DNA of 63,697 nt, filler included, from Octopus bimaculoides (Eukaryota): assembly GCF_001194135.2 (NCBI RefSeq). It is 5 parts of 5 records of this genome, joined end to end, with 100 filler letters (N's around TTAATTAATTAA, not from the genome) between each part and the next. Parts side by side here need not be neighbours in the genome. Positions count along the whole stretch, not along the records: positions 30,455 to 42,115 come from NC_068993.1; positions 42,216 to 55,668 come from NC_068981.1; 3 more parts are not named here. The stretch is one strand, 5' to 3'. Shown here piece after piece: positions 38,091-49,862 of this stretch (positions are counted from its first letter, which is position 1; the number at the start of each line of letters is the position of its first letter). Position numbers and translations under genes: made by a program. The notes under the pieces are model-generated. The model did no database searches, was not told the origin of the DNA, and saw only the letters and a program-made list of their open reading frames with translations.

Positions 38091-39400
38091 TATAAATANN
38101 NNNNNNNNNNNNNNNNNNNNNNNNNNNNNNNNNNNNNNNNNNNNNNNNNNNNNNNNNNNNNNNNNNNNNNNNNNNNNNNNNNNNNNNNNNNNNNNNNNNN
38201 NNNNNNNNNNNNNNNNNNNNNNNNNNNNNNNNNNNNNNNNNNNNNNNNNNNNNNNNNNNNNNNNNNNNNNNNNNNNNNNNNNNNNNNNNNNNNNNNNNNN
38301 NNNNNNNNNNNNNNNNNNNNNNNNNNNNNNNNNNNNNNNNNNNNNNNNNNNNNNNNNNNNNNNNNNNNNNNNNNNNNNNNNNNNNNNNNNNNNNNNNNNN
38401 NNNNNNNNNNNNNNNNNNNNNNNNNNNNNNNNNNNNNNNNNNNNNNNNNNNNNNNNNNNNNNNNNNNNNNNNNNNNNNNNNNNNNNNNNNNNNNNNNNNN
38501 NNNNNNNNNNNNNNNNNNNNNNNNNNNNNNNNNNNNNNNNNNNNNNNNNNNNNNNNNNNNNNNNNNNNNNNNNNNNNNNNNNNNNNNNNNNNNNNNNNNN
38601 NNNNNNNNNNNNNNNNNNNNNNNNNNNNNNNNNNNNNNNNNNNNNNNNNNNNNNNNNNNNNNNNNNNNNNNNNNNNNNNNNNNNNNNNNNNNNNNNNNNN
38701 NNNNNNNNNNNNNNNNNNNNNNNNNNNNNNNNNNNNNNNNNNNNNNNNNNNNNNNNNNNNNNNNNNNNNNNNNNNNNNNNNNNNNNNNNNNNNNNNNNNN
38801 NNNNNNNNNNNNNNNNNNNNNNNNNNNNNNNNNNNATATAATTCATTTGAATTCCAACTCTGTTTTTTGTGTTTTATCTATATTCTTATAAAATTAATGT
38901 AGGGTATAGGATATGGAATATATAGTATATATAGTAAAATGAAATGAAGTATTGAATGTCTTATTGAATAAATGAAATATTGAATATTAAGTATTAAAGG
39001 ACTAGTATACTTTCCTGCTTTCTAGCAATCTTCAAGATCGCATGTGACAGGAATGTTTCAACTGTAGTTGACTGGCTGTCTTTTGTCTTTTATATACATT
39101 CTTGTGGACAGCAGTAGTAGTTGTTTGGCTATTTTTAGAGATGATGCCAAACCATTTTTCAATGTCTATTTTTAGAAATGATGACAGCATTACTTTTGAG
39201 AGATTTTTTGTGTTTTAGTTATAGGGATAAGATTTTTAAACCGCAAATAAGATTAATTTAATCATTGTTTGTTAAGCTTGGGTTTATAAGAATATAAATA
39301 AAACATAAGAAACAGACAGAGTTGGAATTCTTTTGAATAATATATTCCTCTACACACTATCATACATACCCCTTATATATATATATATATATATATATAG

Positions 39401-39626
39401 CTTTACATAGACCCACACATGTTTCAGCTGCACCGATTCGTAACCGTTGTAACTTAACGAACAACTCTACATTATACAATGCAGAGTAGATAAACGAAAA
39501 ACCTTAAGCAGTCAAATCGGAGGATATGAAGTAAAGACCCTGGAGAAACTGCACCGGTATTATAGTAGGGTTGCAATTGCAACGGTTACTTATGGGTGCA
39601 GTTGAAACGCGTGGTTCTATGTAAAG
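39401..39626. mobile_element. MITE-like foldback element in (TA)n
   Basis: Arms 39401-39477 and 39557-39626 are imperfect reverse complements (ctttacataga...gtaaccgttg / caacggttac...tctatgtaaag) with TA repeats on both sides. Confidence 0.6.
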
Positions 39627-40504
39627 TTGTATATATATAAAAAAGAATTAAAAATAATCCTATGCACCTTCGTAATAATCCTTATTATTATTTATTATAC
39701 ACTCCAGGAAACCTATATGGTTATGGTAATATATTCAGAATTATCTAACAGAATGTATCTCTAAATTCTTATCTTATAAGAATATTATTGGATTTATATA
39801 TTAACTGTTGAATAACCTATTTTGAATTCATAACTCAGATCAAACCGTAAACGTTTGGAGTATTCCCTTACTATTTACAAATATACGCCCACATTCACAT
39901 ACATGTATATGTATGTATGGGTCTGTTTTTTCGTTATATTTATATATTAATATGTGTAAGTATATGCATATATGTACACATAGTCATACAGTACACATGT
40001 ACATATTCTGTTATTTTCATACCTAAATTTTTTGACATTCTCAATATATTGAATATATTATCATTGCTTTATCAGTGGAATACAAAAAATAGCTATTCTT
40101 CTTTTGTTACACGCATTTTCCACACAAACTTCTCAACCTTTAGGCCATGCTGCATCTGCCATTTACACGCACCCACAGAAACACACATATACTGACGCAT
40201 ACACGTGCGTCAGTATATGTGTGCGAAGAAACTTTCGTACATTCTCATATATCAATGTGGAAGATATACACAAACCACACATAAAAAGAAACTCCATATT
40301 CATATACAATCGTTTGAACATACACACTCCTGTACTTGTAACTCAGTAAATCTCTAGCATAGCCGTGCTATCGTTGTGGAAATTATTATGAGATCCAGAC
40401 AATTTGTGCAAGAATGGAAGTTACGTTCGTCGGATCAATGCAGAAGCACGAAACCTTCCCCTATACTTTCAATATTCGAACATTGCTGTTTTGTTATATT
40501 ATGT

Positions 40505-40930
40505 TCAGCTGTTATTAAAACAGAATGATTGCAAGTGGCTGTGTGGTAAGAACTTTGCCTTCTAACCACCTGGTTTGTGTTCAGTCGCATTTCTTGGCAC
40601 TTTGAGTAAGTGTCTTTTACTATAGTCTCGGGCCGATCAAAGCCTTGTGAGTGGATTTGGTAGACGGAAATTGAAAGAAACCTGACGCATGTGTGTATGA
40701 GTGTGAGTGTGTGCATGTGTATGTTTGACCCCGTCATCGCTTCATAACCGATGCTAGTATGTTTATGTTCGCGTAACTAGGCGGTTCGGCCAAAGAGACT
40801 GATAGAATAAGTATTAGTCTTGCAAAGAATAAATCCTGGGGTCGATTTCTTTCCCTAAAAGCCTTTAAGGCGGTGCTCAAGTATGGCCACAGTCTAATAA
40901 CTGAAACAAGTAAAAGAATAAAAAGAATAT
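40505..40930 (+). mobile_element. tRNA-derived SINE (same family as 56358-56772)
   Basis: gtggctgtgtggtaagaac...ctactatagtctcgggccgatcaaagccttgtgagtggatttggtagacggaaa...actgaaacaagtaaaagaat; an extra head fragment lies at about 41068-41170. Confidence 0.85.
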
Positions 40931-41169
40931 ATGGTAGTATTTTAACTTTTTTTAAAGGAATTAATGTTACACCGTGAAATTTGAAAGCATTAAAATTACA
41001 ATCATTGTATGTAAACAATTTTACCTTGTATTACCCATATTACAACTGCCATATGAAAAAGTAACAATAGGCGTGGCAGTATGGTAAGAAGATTGCTTTC
41101 CAACCATATCGTTCTGGGTTCAGTCTCTCTGCGTGGCACCTTGGGCAAGTGTCTTCTACTATAGTCTCG

Positions 41170-41224
<55 letters not shown>

Positions 41225-41225
<1 letters not shown>

Positions 41226-42115
41226 GTGGTCTGATCAATATGTATCAGGACTATCGCTATAGTACCGAAGCTAAAGTATGCAGAGTAAAACCGCCTGGCA
41301 CAGATTAACTTTAAAATCTGCTGTGCATGCACACTAAGTATTAACGTTCTAGCTCACTTTCGCTGTTTACAGCAGTGCTTGGAAAGAACGTGTGTAGCGT
41401 GTGACCGTACCACTGACCATGACAGAGAATGTTGAGTAGAGAATCTGCATCAAATTTTGCCAAAAGCTTGGCTATACCTACTCAGAGGCCTACGCAAAGT
41501 TTCCAAAGAGTTTCCATCGTTCTCGATACAATCTAGAAGATCTCGTACAACTGAAACCCGAGCGTCTTTTGGCTCAGCTGAAAGCAGTTTTGGCACAAAC
41601 TTGGCAGACACGCATCTCGTACCCAAATCTTCAGTGATAATGGACTGAACTGAACCGTAACTAATCTGCACATACTCTGATAACTCACGGATGGTGATTC
41701 GACGATTTCCCCCTACAACTGCACGCACATCACCGATGTTTGTCGCTGTTCTGCTCGTTGCGGGTCTCTCAGGATGTTCGTCAATATCGAAATTTTTTCG
41801 GCCGTCTTGCAAACATCTGAACCACTCGTACACATGTATGCGGTTCATACATTCCTGTCCATAACTTTGTGCAACTTTGTGTAGGCCTCAGAGCAGGTAT
41901 CGCCCTGATAATTTTCTCTGTGAAGGTCAATGCAACGATCACACGCTACTCGCCTTCCTTCCAAGCACTGATGTAAACATCAGAAGTGGGGTAGAACGTT
42001 AAAGCTTTGTGCACCTACACAACAGTGCTGGAGGTCAATGTGTCTCAAGCGGATTCACTCTGCTATCTTTACCTTCGTTACTATTGCAACAGTATGGATA
42101 CTTATTGATCAGACG
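41225..42115 (-). mobile_element. Mariner-derived foldback element (two 5' ends facing inward)
   Basis: TA|cgtggtctgatcaata left end mirrors ...tattgatcagacg right end; arms of about 250-280 bp include the transposase start; minus ORF VYEWF..F.DGR....D.....RPATSRT...RRITIREL...VSAKFVPKLL (HTH, WVP-like motif) ends before the DDD domain. Confidence 0.85.
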
Positions 42116-42215
42116 NNNNNNNNNNNNNNNNNNNNNNNNNNNNNNNNNNNNNNNNNNNNTTAATTAATTAANNNNNNNNNNNNNNNNNNNNNNNNNNNNN
42201 NNNNNNNNNNNNNNN

Positions 42216-42388
42216 CACATAAGAGAGACTGCCACATAAGAGAGACTGCCACATAAGAGAGACTGCCACATAAGAGAGACTGCCACATAAGAGAGACTGC
42301 CACATAAGAGAGACTGTCACATAAGAGAGACTGCCACATAAGAGAGACTGCCACATAAGAGAGACTGCCACATAAGAGAGACTGCCAC
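42216..42388. repeat. 17-bp minisatellite (cacataagagagactgc, about 10 copies)
   Basis: Direct tandem copies, one carrying a C>T variant; no spacers. Confidence 0.95.
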
Positions 42389-42395
42389 TTGTTAC

Positions 42396-42489
42396 CTGAA
42401 GAGGAAGCTGAATTGCTGCATCTTAGTCTGGAAAATGCTGTTCTCTATATTATTTTCTGATGAAGAACGATTGTGGTGGCCAGTATAGC
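42396..42489 (-). CDS. Candidate exon D of unidentified spliced gene
   Basis: tttttttattctgcaag|GC TAT...TTC AG|gtaaca; 94 nt; (G)YTGHHNRSSSENNIENSIFQTKMQQFSFLF; entry phase matches exon C. Confidence 0.5.
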
Positions 42490-42801
42490 CTTGCAGAATA
42501 AAAAAAAAAGGAAACTATCAAGAAAGTTGACTATATTGAGACAGAAGGGTCAAAAGAATATTGATGAAACTTAAAAATTAAAACAGCCACTAAATTAAAA
42601 CACAATGGACAGATATGATTGTGTGGGACCAAGAGAGAAAAATATATTCTGTCGTAGAAATCAGCTAAACCCTGGACACTAATGTGGTCAGAAAAATAGA
42701 GGTGAAAGAAAGCATCTATGGCCTACTGATAAAGAGTTGACAAATATCCTTTCAGCTTTATAGCAATTATTATTGGAGGAACTGGAAACAAACTAACTGA
42801 C

Positions 42802-42883
42802 CTGGAACCAAGTAGGACTGAACGCTGGTTCTTGTGGAAAGAACACAACTCCTTAATTCATCTGCTACAAATGATCGTGATAT
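42802..42883 (-). CDS. Candidate exon C of unidentified spliced gene
   Basis: gttttattgcttcag|ATA...CCA G|gtcagt; 82 nt; ISRSFVADELRSCVLSTRTSVQSYLVP; only this frame is open. Confidence 0.55.
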
Positions 42884-43122
42884 CTGAAGCAATAAAACCT
42901 GCATAATCTTAAGATTTAAAGGATGACAAACAAAGCACAATTGCTTTCCATTAGATCCTTGCAACCAAACAGGTGACTGGCCAAAATTAATTCTAAGTTA
43001 AAATGAGAAAAAGGAAACATACATAATACAGTACAAACATAAGATTTATTTAGGCTGATCCAGGGTCCTAAATCTGTTAATCTGGAGCTTCCCAAAAGTG
43101 GACGGCAGCAAAGACAACTCAC

Positions 43123-43208
43123 CAAGAATATATAGATTAGGTTCAAGTCGATCTCACCAAATGACATTTTGATTGGTGTCAGTGGAAGAGAACACAAGAA
43201 GACAAGTG
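43123..43208 (-). CDS. Candidate exon B of unidentified spliced gene
   Basis: Long pyrimidine tract ...cccctcatttgtcag|CA CTT...TTC TTG|gtgagt; 86 nt; LVFLCSLPLTPIKMSFGEIDLNLIYIFL; only this frame is open. Confidence 0.55.
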
Positions 43209-44868
43209 CTGACAAATGAGGGGAGATAGAGAGGGGATGGAAGGGGGGAAGATTGGGAGGGAGAGGGGAGNNNNNNNNNNNNNNNNNNNNNNNNNNNNNN
43301 NNNNNNNNNNNNNNNNNNNNNNNNNNNNNNNNNNNNNNNNNNNNNNNNNNNNNNNNNNNNNNNNNNNNNNNNNNNNNNNNNNNNNNNNNNNNNNNNNNNN
43401 NNNNNNNNNNNNNNNNNNNNNNNNNNNNNNNNNNNNNNNNNNNNNNNNNNNNNNNNNNNNNNNNNNNNNNNNNNNNNNNNNNNNNNNNNNNNNNNNNNNN
43501 NNNNNNNNNNNNNNNNNNNNNNNNNNNNNNNNNNNNNNNNNNNNNNNNNNNNNNNNNNNNNNNNNNNNNNNNNNNNNNNNNNNNNNNNNNNNNNNNNNNN
43601 NNNNNNNNNNNNNNNNNGGGGAGAGAAGGGGAGAGAGGGGGAGAGAGGGGGGAGAGAGAGGTTTGAGTGGGAGAGGGTAGAGCGAGAATGTGTGTGTGTG
43701 TGTGTGTGTGGAATGTTTCAGCTCCATTATAGTAAGCTAATATTGAAAAGCTTCTAGTTGTGACCATTTATGACCAGTGTTGACCAGTTTTATCTCATAA
43801 TTCTTGTATCCATGACAAAAACAGAAACGGTAAAAAATCAATGAAAGAAATGATTAGTATGAAAGTTTGAAATGAGAGAAAATTAATTAAGCGTTAAAGG
43901 TTGGTGATTCTAGGTCAGAGTAATTAGAGTTAATGACGTAAGTCTAAAGCAAGCATTGTCTGTTAGATAAGTATCTTTAGCTGGAAGTGTCATTGTGAAT
44001 ATGATATAGAGAGAAGGGAAAGAGAGAGAGAGAGAGTGTGTGCAACAAAGAGGGGTTAAAGGGATGAGAAGAAGTGGAAGGTGGTGTATCAGAAGAAAGG
44101 ATGAGAAAGAGAGAGACAGTGTGCGAGTGTGTGTGTGTGTGTGAGTGTGTGTGTGTGAAGAAAGAGTCTATGTGCAAGAGATTGCTCAAATGTGGGGCAG
44201 TATAAGAGATAGAAACACAAACAGACACTCTGTGAGTATGGGGTGTTTTATATATTGTCTGAACAGAGAATGGAAGAAATGCAATAAAATGTTCAGCTTT
44301 CTGTCATTTGATACCTGGAAGATGAGAAAAGGAACAAGAAGGATAAAGTAAGTATGTAAAGTATCCAGGTGGGCAAAGGCTGGAGTGAAGAGAAAGTTCC
44401 AGTAAGAAAAAGTGTGTGGTTGAATTTCAATTAAAAGTCATGTCAGTTCTGAGAAAGAAGATGAGTTACTGTTCCCTTTGTAAGAAATCATAGGAGAATT
44501 GGTGTTGGAAGCCAAGTCAAAGACTGTGAGGTGTTGAATGGAATACTCAGAAGCATCACAAGACAGGCAGGCAACCTGTTGCCAAGTAAAATAGTGTCCT
44601 ACAAACCTGTCTGACAGTTGGCAGCTGGTTTACATGATTGAGAATTGCAAAATTCTACCAAATAACACTCATAAGGTTTTGGTCAGTTTGAAGTTATAGT
44701 GAGACTGCACAGTGAGACTGAACCTGAAACCACATGGTTGCAAAGCAAACTTCTTTACCATACACCCGTGCCAGCACTTATGTGATACAATGACTGTTCT
44801 TACTAAAATATAGAGCATCACACCTACAATAATATATATTAAATGCAAGACAGAGACCCAGTCCTTAC

Positions 44869-44952
44869 AGAATACTTGTATCACCACTCCAGGGATTCTT
44901 TGAATCAACCACAGATCAGAAACCTTCAGTAAGTCACTGATAGCGATCATAC
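44869..44952 (-). CDS. Candidate exon A of unidentified spliced gene
   Basis: ttgctctctcatacag|GT ATG...TTC T|gtaagg; 84 nt; MIAISDLLKVSDLWLIQRIPGVVIQVF; exit phase matches exon B. The AG|GTATGA junction could alternatively be a donor. Confidence 0.45.
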
Positions 44953-45084
44953 CTGTATGAGAGAGCAATGGGCAGGAATGTTATGTTATTGATGTTGCTA
45001 ATATTGGGTTGGTGAGAAAATAAGGGATATAGCCATGGCTCTAACAGATATTCTGAGATTGGGAAGATCAACTACTGTTGCTAT

Positions 45085-45122
<38 letters not shown>

Positions 45123-46291
45123 CTGCTGTTGCTGCTGCTGTTGCTAATGATGAGGATGATGATGATGACAGTCATTGTAATAATGAGCATCAAGAATGAG
45201 AGTGGAAGCGGTAGAAGCCAACTAATTAGAAATTATTGCAAACATCTTTTTGATTGGTTCAGCCATAAAAGTCAAGGATTTCCAACCATGACTAAATAAA
45301 AAATTAACCAACAGGATTTTGTGATGGTGGTCAGAGCAGAACTAAAGCCTCAGAAGAAGAACTCAAAGAAACCAGTTTGGATCTTAGTCATCTCATGTGC
45401 AAACGCACACAAAAGAATGGATGCTGCTGAGGCGAAGAGAAAATGACTCGAAATGGAAAAAACCTTTTCTGTGAATATTTGCATTGAAGTAAGAAAAATA
45501 AATTTTAAACCATTCCGCTTCGGGATCAAACAATCCAGCATCTTTCTTGAATGTGGTTGTCAAAAAATTTCAGATTAACTTATGACTAAATTCTTTCAAA
45601 TTTTGCCTCAACAGCAGCAATTTTAGAGTGTGTGTGGAGGGGGGTGGGGTGAATTGTATTGGCCCAAGTGTTTGACTGGTACGAATTTCATTGACTCACC
45701 ACCACCACCACCATAAAAAGCAAAAAGAATAAAAGAGAAAGTTGGCCCCAGCAGGATTTGGATTCAAAACATAAGGAGCCAGATGAAGTGCCACTTAGCA
45801 TTTTGTCCAACAATCAATACTTCTCTGGTTTCACATTGTCCATATATGGAAGTAATTACAGATTTATTTCAAGAAAAGAGAATGGAAAATATACTCATGC
45901 TGGTGCCTCGTAAAGTGTGCTCATGCCAGTGCTATGTAGAGGGCACATGTGCCAGTGTTGGTACTGTGTAAATGCACCCATTCTGGTGGTGTGTAAAAAA
46001 GCACTCAGAACATTTTGTAAAATGGTTGGCATTAGGAAGGACATCCAGTCATAGACACCATGACAAAATGATGTTGATGATGTTGGTTATGATGATGATG
46101 ACGATGGCTATGATGTTGATGATGTTGATGATAATATCATTTCTTTCATGTTTCTATTGTTTCCTTTCCCTGGTTACAAAAAAACCAAGATTTTTTTCCC
46201 ATTTCAGATTCTGTCTTAAAAATATTCTTCACCACTTTTTAATGAAGATGTTGGAGTTACAAAAATTCACATCTTCTCAGCTGCAATGACA

Positions 46292-46490
46292 TTGGCTTTA
46301 AATTTTGGCACAAGGCCAGCAACATTGAGAAAGAGGGAAAGGTCAAATTCATTGACCTCAGTGATTCACTGGTATTTATTTTTTTCTCCCCCAAAACGAT
46401 GAAAAGCAAAATTGACTTCAGTGGAATTTGAACTCAGAACATAAAAAGCAGATGAAATGCTGTGAAGAATTTGGCCTGGCATGACACCAG
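46292..46490 (+). mobile_element. Second SINE-like dispersed repeat family
   Basis: ttggcacaaggccagcaa...gac.ccagtg..ctggta.ttat...gaaag..gaaa.gcaaa.t...ggaatttgaactcagaa; further copies at about 45655-45810, 53322-53500 and 54745-54865. Confidence 0.7.
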
Positions 46491-46792
46491 TTCTGCCAGT
46501 TTGGCATCTTAAGCTGTGTTAACATTCTCAAAGGTAAACGTGAAAATCGGAATTGTAAATGGCAGCAATGTCTGCTGCAAATGACAAACTCATATCTTGT
46601 GGTGTCCACAAGTGTTTCAAAGAAGATTCTAGTAATCGACACAAAACAGAATTGGATGAAGGAGGAGAAGCTTTGTGTGGTTTAAAGCAAGGATGCCATG
46701 AAGAGATGCACTTAGCAATCATATGAAGATGTTAAAATGTCAGAATTGGTTTAATATCACACATGTCTCCTTATTGTTACTGCAAAGTATAA

Positions 46793-47157
46793 ATGCAATC
46801 ACCATCATTATTATTATCGTCATCGCCATTGTCATCACCACCAATACAATGGTCATCATCCTTTCTCCACTCTACCACCCTCACCTTCCTCAATCATAAT
46901 AATCATCATCAGCATTCTTATATTTCTCATTGTCATCATATTCATCATCATCATAAACAGTATCATTTTGCTCCTCCTCCTCCTCCTCCTCATCATCATC
47001 ATCATCATCACCACCATCATGATTATCACTGCCACTATCCTCCTCCTCCTCCTCCTCCTCCTCTTCCTCTTCCTCCTCCTCCTCCTCCTCCTCATCATCA
47101 TTATCTTCCTCAACACTGTTGTCATCATCATCATGATCATCATCATCATCATCACAA
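46793..47157. repeat. Compound (CAT)n/(CCT)n low-complexity tract
   Basis: Direct reading; it explains the poly-H/P/E/D ORFs. Confidence 0.9.
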
Positions 47158-47164
47158 ATACACC

Positions 47165-47395
47165 ATTTTGAGCGTGGCCGTTGCCAGAACCGCCTGACTG
47201 GCCCTCGTGCCGGTGGCATGTAAAAAGCACCCACTACACTCTCGGAGTGGTTGGCATTAGGAAGGGCATCCAGCTGCAGAAACTCTGCCAAATCAGATTA
47301 GAGCCTGGTGTAGCCATCTGGTCCACCAGTCCTCAGTCAAATCATCCAACCCATGCCAGCATGGAATGCGGACGTTAAATGAGGATGATGATTAT
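47165..47395 (+). mobile_element. RTE-tail-type short repeat with (GAT)n tail
   Basis: gtgccggtggcatgtaaaaagcaccc...gtggttggcattaggaagggcatccagc...catccaacccatgccagcatggaa.gcggacgttaaatga; degenerate copies at about 45895-46060 and 49455-49635. Confidence 0.65.
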
Positions 47396-47477
47396 TATTA
47401 TTTTACACACGTATATATCTTTCTGAAGAATTTTCTAATATTGATTTCCTGATATCAATAATAATATATTATATAAA

Positions 47478-47509
<32 letters not shown>

Positions 47510-47702
47510 TTACAATATAAGATGTGTACTTATATATATATATTTATATACACGGGAATACTACAGGAGTACTTGCATCGCTAAAAATAGCAGTCAAAAA
47601 TACTTCTGTGTCACAGAATACTCACAAAGCTAATACAGGCCTGGTAGGAAAAAATTCTAGTGAACATTAACATCATCTTACCTCTGCTGGTCAACCTTAG
47701 TG

Positions 47703-47751
<49 letters not shown>

Positions 47752-47902
47752 AAATATATATATATATATATATTATATTGTATGTATATATTTTATTAAT
47801 TTGCCTGTATGGTTTATATTCGCTTGCCACTGGTGATGGTATTTTAATAGTACCATCGCTCTTATATTTGCTTTGCATTGGCAAATAGACTTTACTATAT
47901 AT

Positions 47903-48426
47903 AAACATTATTAATTCTAAATCTCACAAAGAGAGATATTCAGTAACAGTTCTTTAAAGTAAAGACTATTTGCCAACATAATGTGGCAGTCCTGGATGGG
48001 ACGAATGTTACTGTTGTTTAGCCCCAGGAAACATAGTTTCCAGCTGGCTATATAAGACACAATATCTGTGTCCTTATATTTTTCGAAAAGGAGTCCAGCA
48101 TCCCCATCCAGCACAAAGCAACATCTATGGACGGGTTTTGGAGTTATTGCTCTTTTTCAACACAGAGTAGCTGCTTGACTCGGTGGCTGAATTCCTATTT
48201 GAAAATATATGGTCTTCAAAGTGACACACAATCACTGATCTAATATATAGAAACATTATTATTTCTAAATCTCTCAAAGAGAGATATTCAGTACCAGTTC
48301 TTGAAAGTAAAGACTATTTGCCGATATAATGTGGCTGTCCTGGAAGGGGCGATCATACTGCTGTTTAGCCCCAGGAAACATCGTTTCCAGCTGGCTATAA
48401 GATACAATATTTGTGTCCTTATATTT
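47903..48426 (-). mobile_element. Retrozyme-like tandem unit: repeat - hammerhead-like motif - repeat (period 348 bp)
   Basis: Direct repeats at 47903-48082 and 48251-48426, homologous to the 25529/27806 repeats; hammerhead-like motif at 48124-48166 between them. Confidence 0.6.
48124..48166 (-). ncRNA. Hammerhead-like motif (U3-A8 core, GAAA damaged)
   Basis: TCTGTG-TTGAAAA-A-GAG-CAATAA-CTC-CAAAAC-CC-GTC^-CATAGA; stem I extends via GCAGC/GTTGC. Confidence 0.55.
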
Positions 48427-48454
48427 AAATATTTATATATTACCTCTCTTAGTA

Positions 48455-48890
48455 ATAAAAGTCTCTCTCTCCAAGTATGTACAGCAACACTACCTGGTAG
48501 TGAAACATGGGCCCTGAATGCAGAGGACATGTGAAGACTAGAGACGAATAATGTTAGTATATTCCACTGGCTGTGAGGTGTCAGAGTGCATGTACTGAGT
48601 GAGAAATTAGACATAAGAGGAATCAGATACTGTGTGCAAAAGAAAAGTCTGCACTGCTTTGGGTACATGATGTGTGTGGATGAGGACAGTTGCATAAAGA
48701 AATGGCAGTCATTTAAAGTGGATGAAACTTGTGGCAGAAGGAAAACTCAAGAAAACACGGGACAAAGTAGTGAAGGTTGATCTCCAGATGCTGAACCTTA
48801 CAGAGGAGATGGTAAAGAACTGAGATTGAGTTAATTGGTGATTTACTGAGCCCAAGAAAACCCATTTAACACAAAAGAAATGATATGCTA
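48455..48890 (+). mobile_element. RTE-clade LINE 3' fragment (post-RT region)
   Basis: LPGSETWALNAEDM.RLE...KLDIRGIRYCVQKKSLHCFGYMM..DEDSCIKK.....ETCGR, matching the RTE LYGSETW / RLRWFGHV / GRGRP pattern. Confidence 0.8.
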
Positions 48891-49663
48891 AAACCGTTTT
48901 GGTCATGCTTTATATGTGTGGGGCTCTGTCCTCCACTCTCTCTCTCTCTCTTTTCCATCAAGCATTTCTCCACATCACAGCTCATGCCCTTCCCTGGAAT
49001 CACTTCCATTTTTCATTATCATTTCCACTGCTTTTTCTGCCTTCAGCCATTTCTCTCTTTCCTCTGCTATATTCCATTCTTAACACGTCTCTTACCTGCC
49101 CTCTCACATCTTCCTTTACACCCCACTTATCATAGCCTCCTCAGCTACTCGTCTGTCTCTCAGCATCCTTCATTACATGCACCCCCTCCTTACCCCTTCT
49201 CTGTATCTGGAAATGCATTCCACCACCACTTCTCTCTTCTTTCCAGCTTTCCAGCTACGCAGCCTTGCACCTCTATTACAACCCATCTGGCTTTGGTCTT
49301 CCCTCATACTCTAACCTGGCAAAGAACCATACCCCCGCTCTCCAATACTACCCCACTCCATTTAGTCAAGGGGATTTCCCTTTTTTGTTTTCTTCCTTCT
49401 TCCCGTTCCTTTCTTTTCTTGCCTTGCAAGTTTCTTGGCAACCTCACTAATGCTGGTGCCGGGAAAAGGAACACTCAGTCCACTTTGTAAAGTGATTGGC
49501 ATTAAGGAAAGCATCCATCAAAAGAAACCATGGCAAAAGCTGACGTTGGAGTTCAACATGATCTTATAGCTTGTCAGATCCCATCAAACCATCCAACCTA
49601 TCTCAGCAGGGAAAGCTGACATTAAATTACAATGATAATGATATATATGATATATATATATAA

Positions 49664-49704
<41 letters not shown>

Positions 49705-49707
<3 letters not shown>

Positions 49708-49862
49708 GATGGCCTTCTTTTAGTTCCATCTACCTAATCCACTCACTAGGCTGTGTTTGTCCCAAATTTATCGCTGATGACACCCAAGAAGGCCAGATAG
49801 TGGGATTGAACTCAAACCCATGTGATTTGGAAATAAACTTCATAACCACACAGCAATGCCTG
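49705..49862 (-). mobile_element. tRNA-derived SINE head fragment
   Basis: Reverse complement gcattgctgtgtggttatgaag...cacatgggtttgagttcaatccc...ctagtgagtggattaggtagatggaactaaaagaaggcc. Confidence 0.65.

Noticed and set aside
42216-42388. Regular short repeats as a CRISPR array
   Set aside because: Contiguous 17-bp units with no unique spacers, no cas genes and a eukaryotic context.
45314-45541. Additional exon candidates on either strand
   Set aside because: Open frames end in stops before any credible donor.
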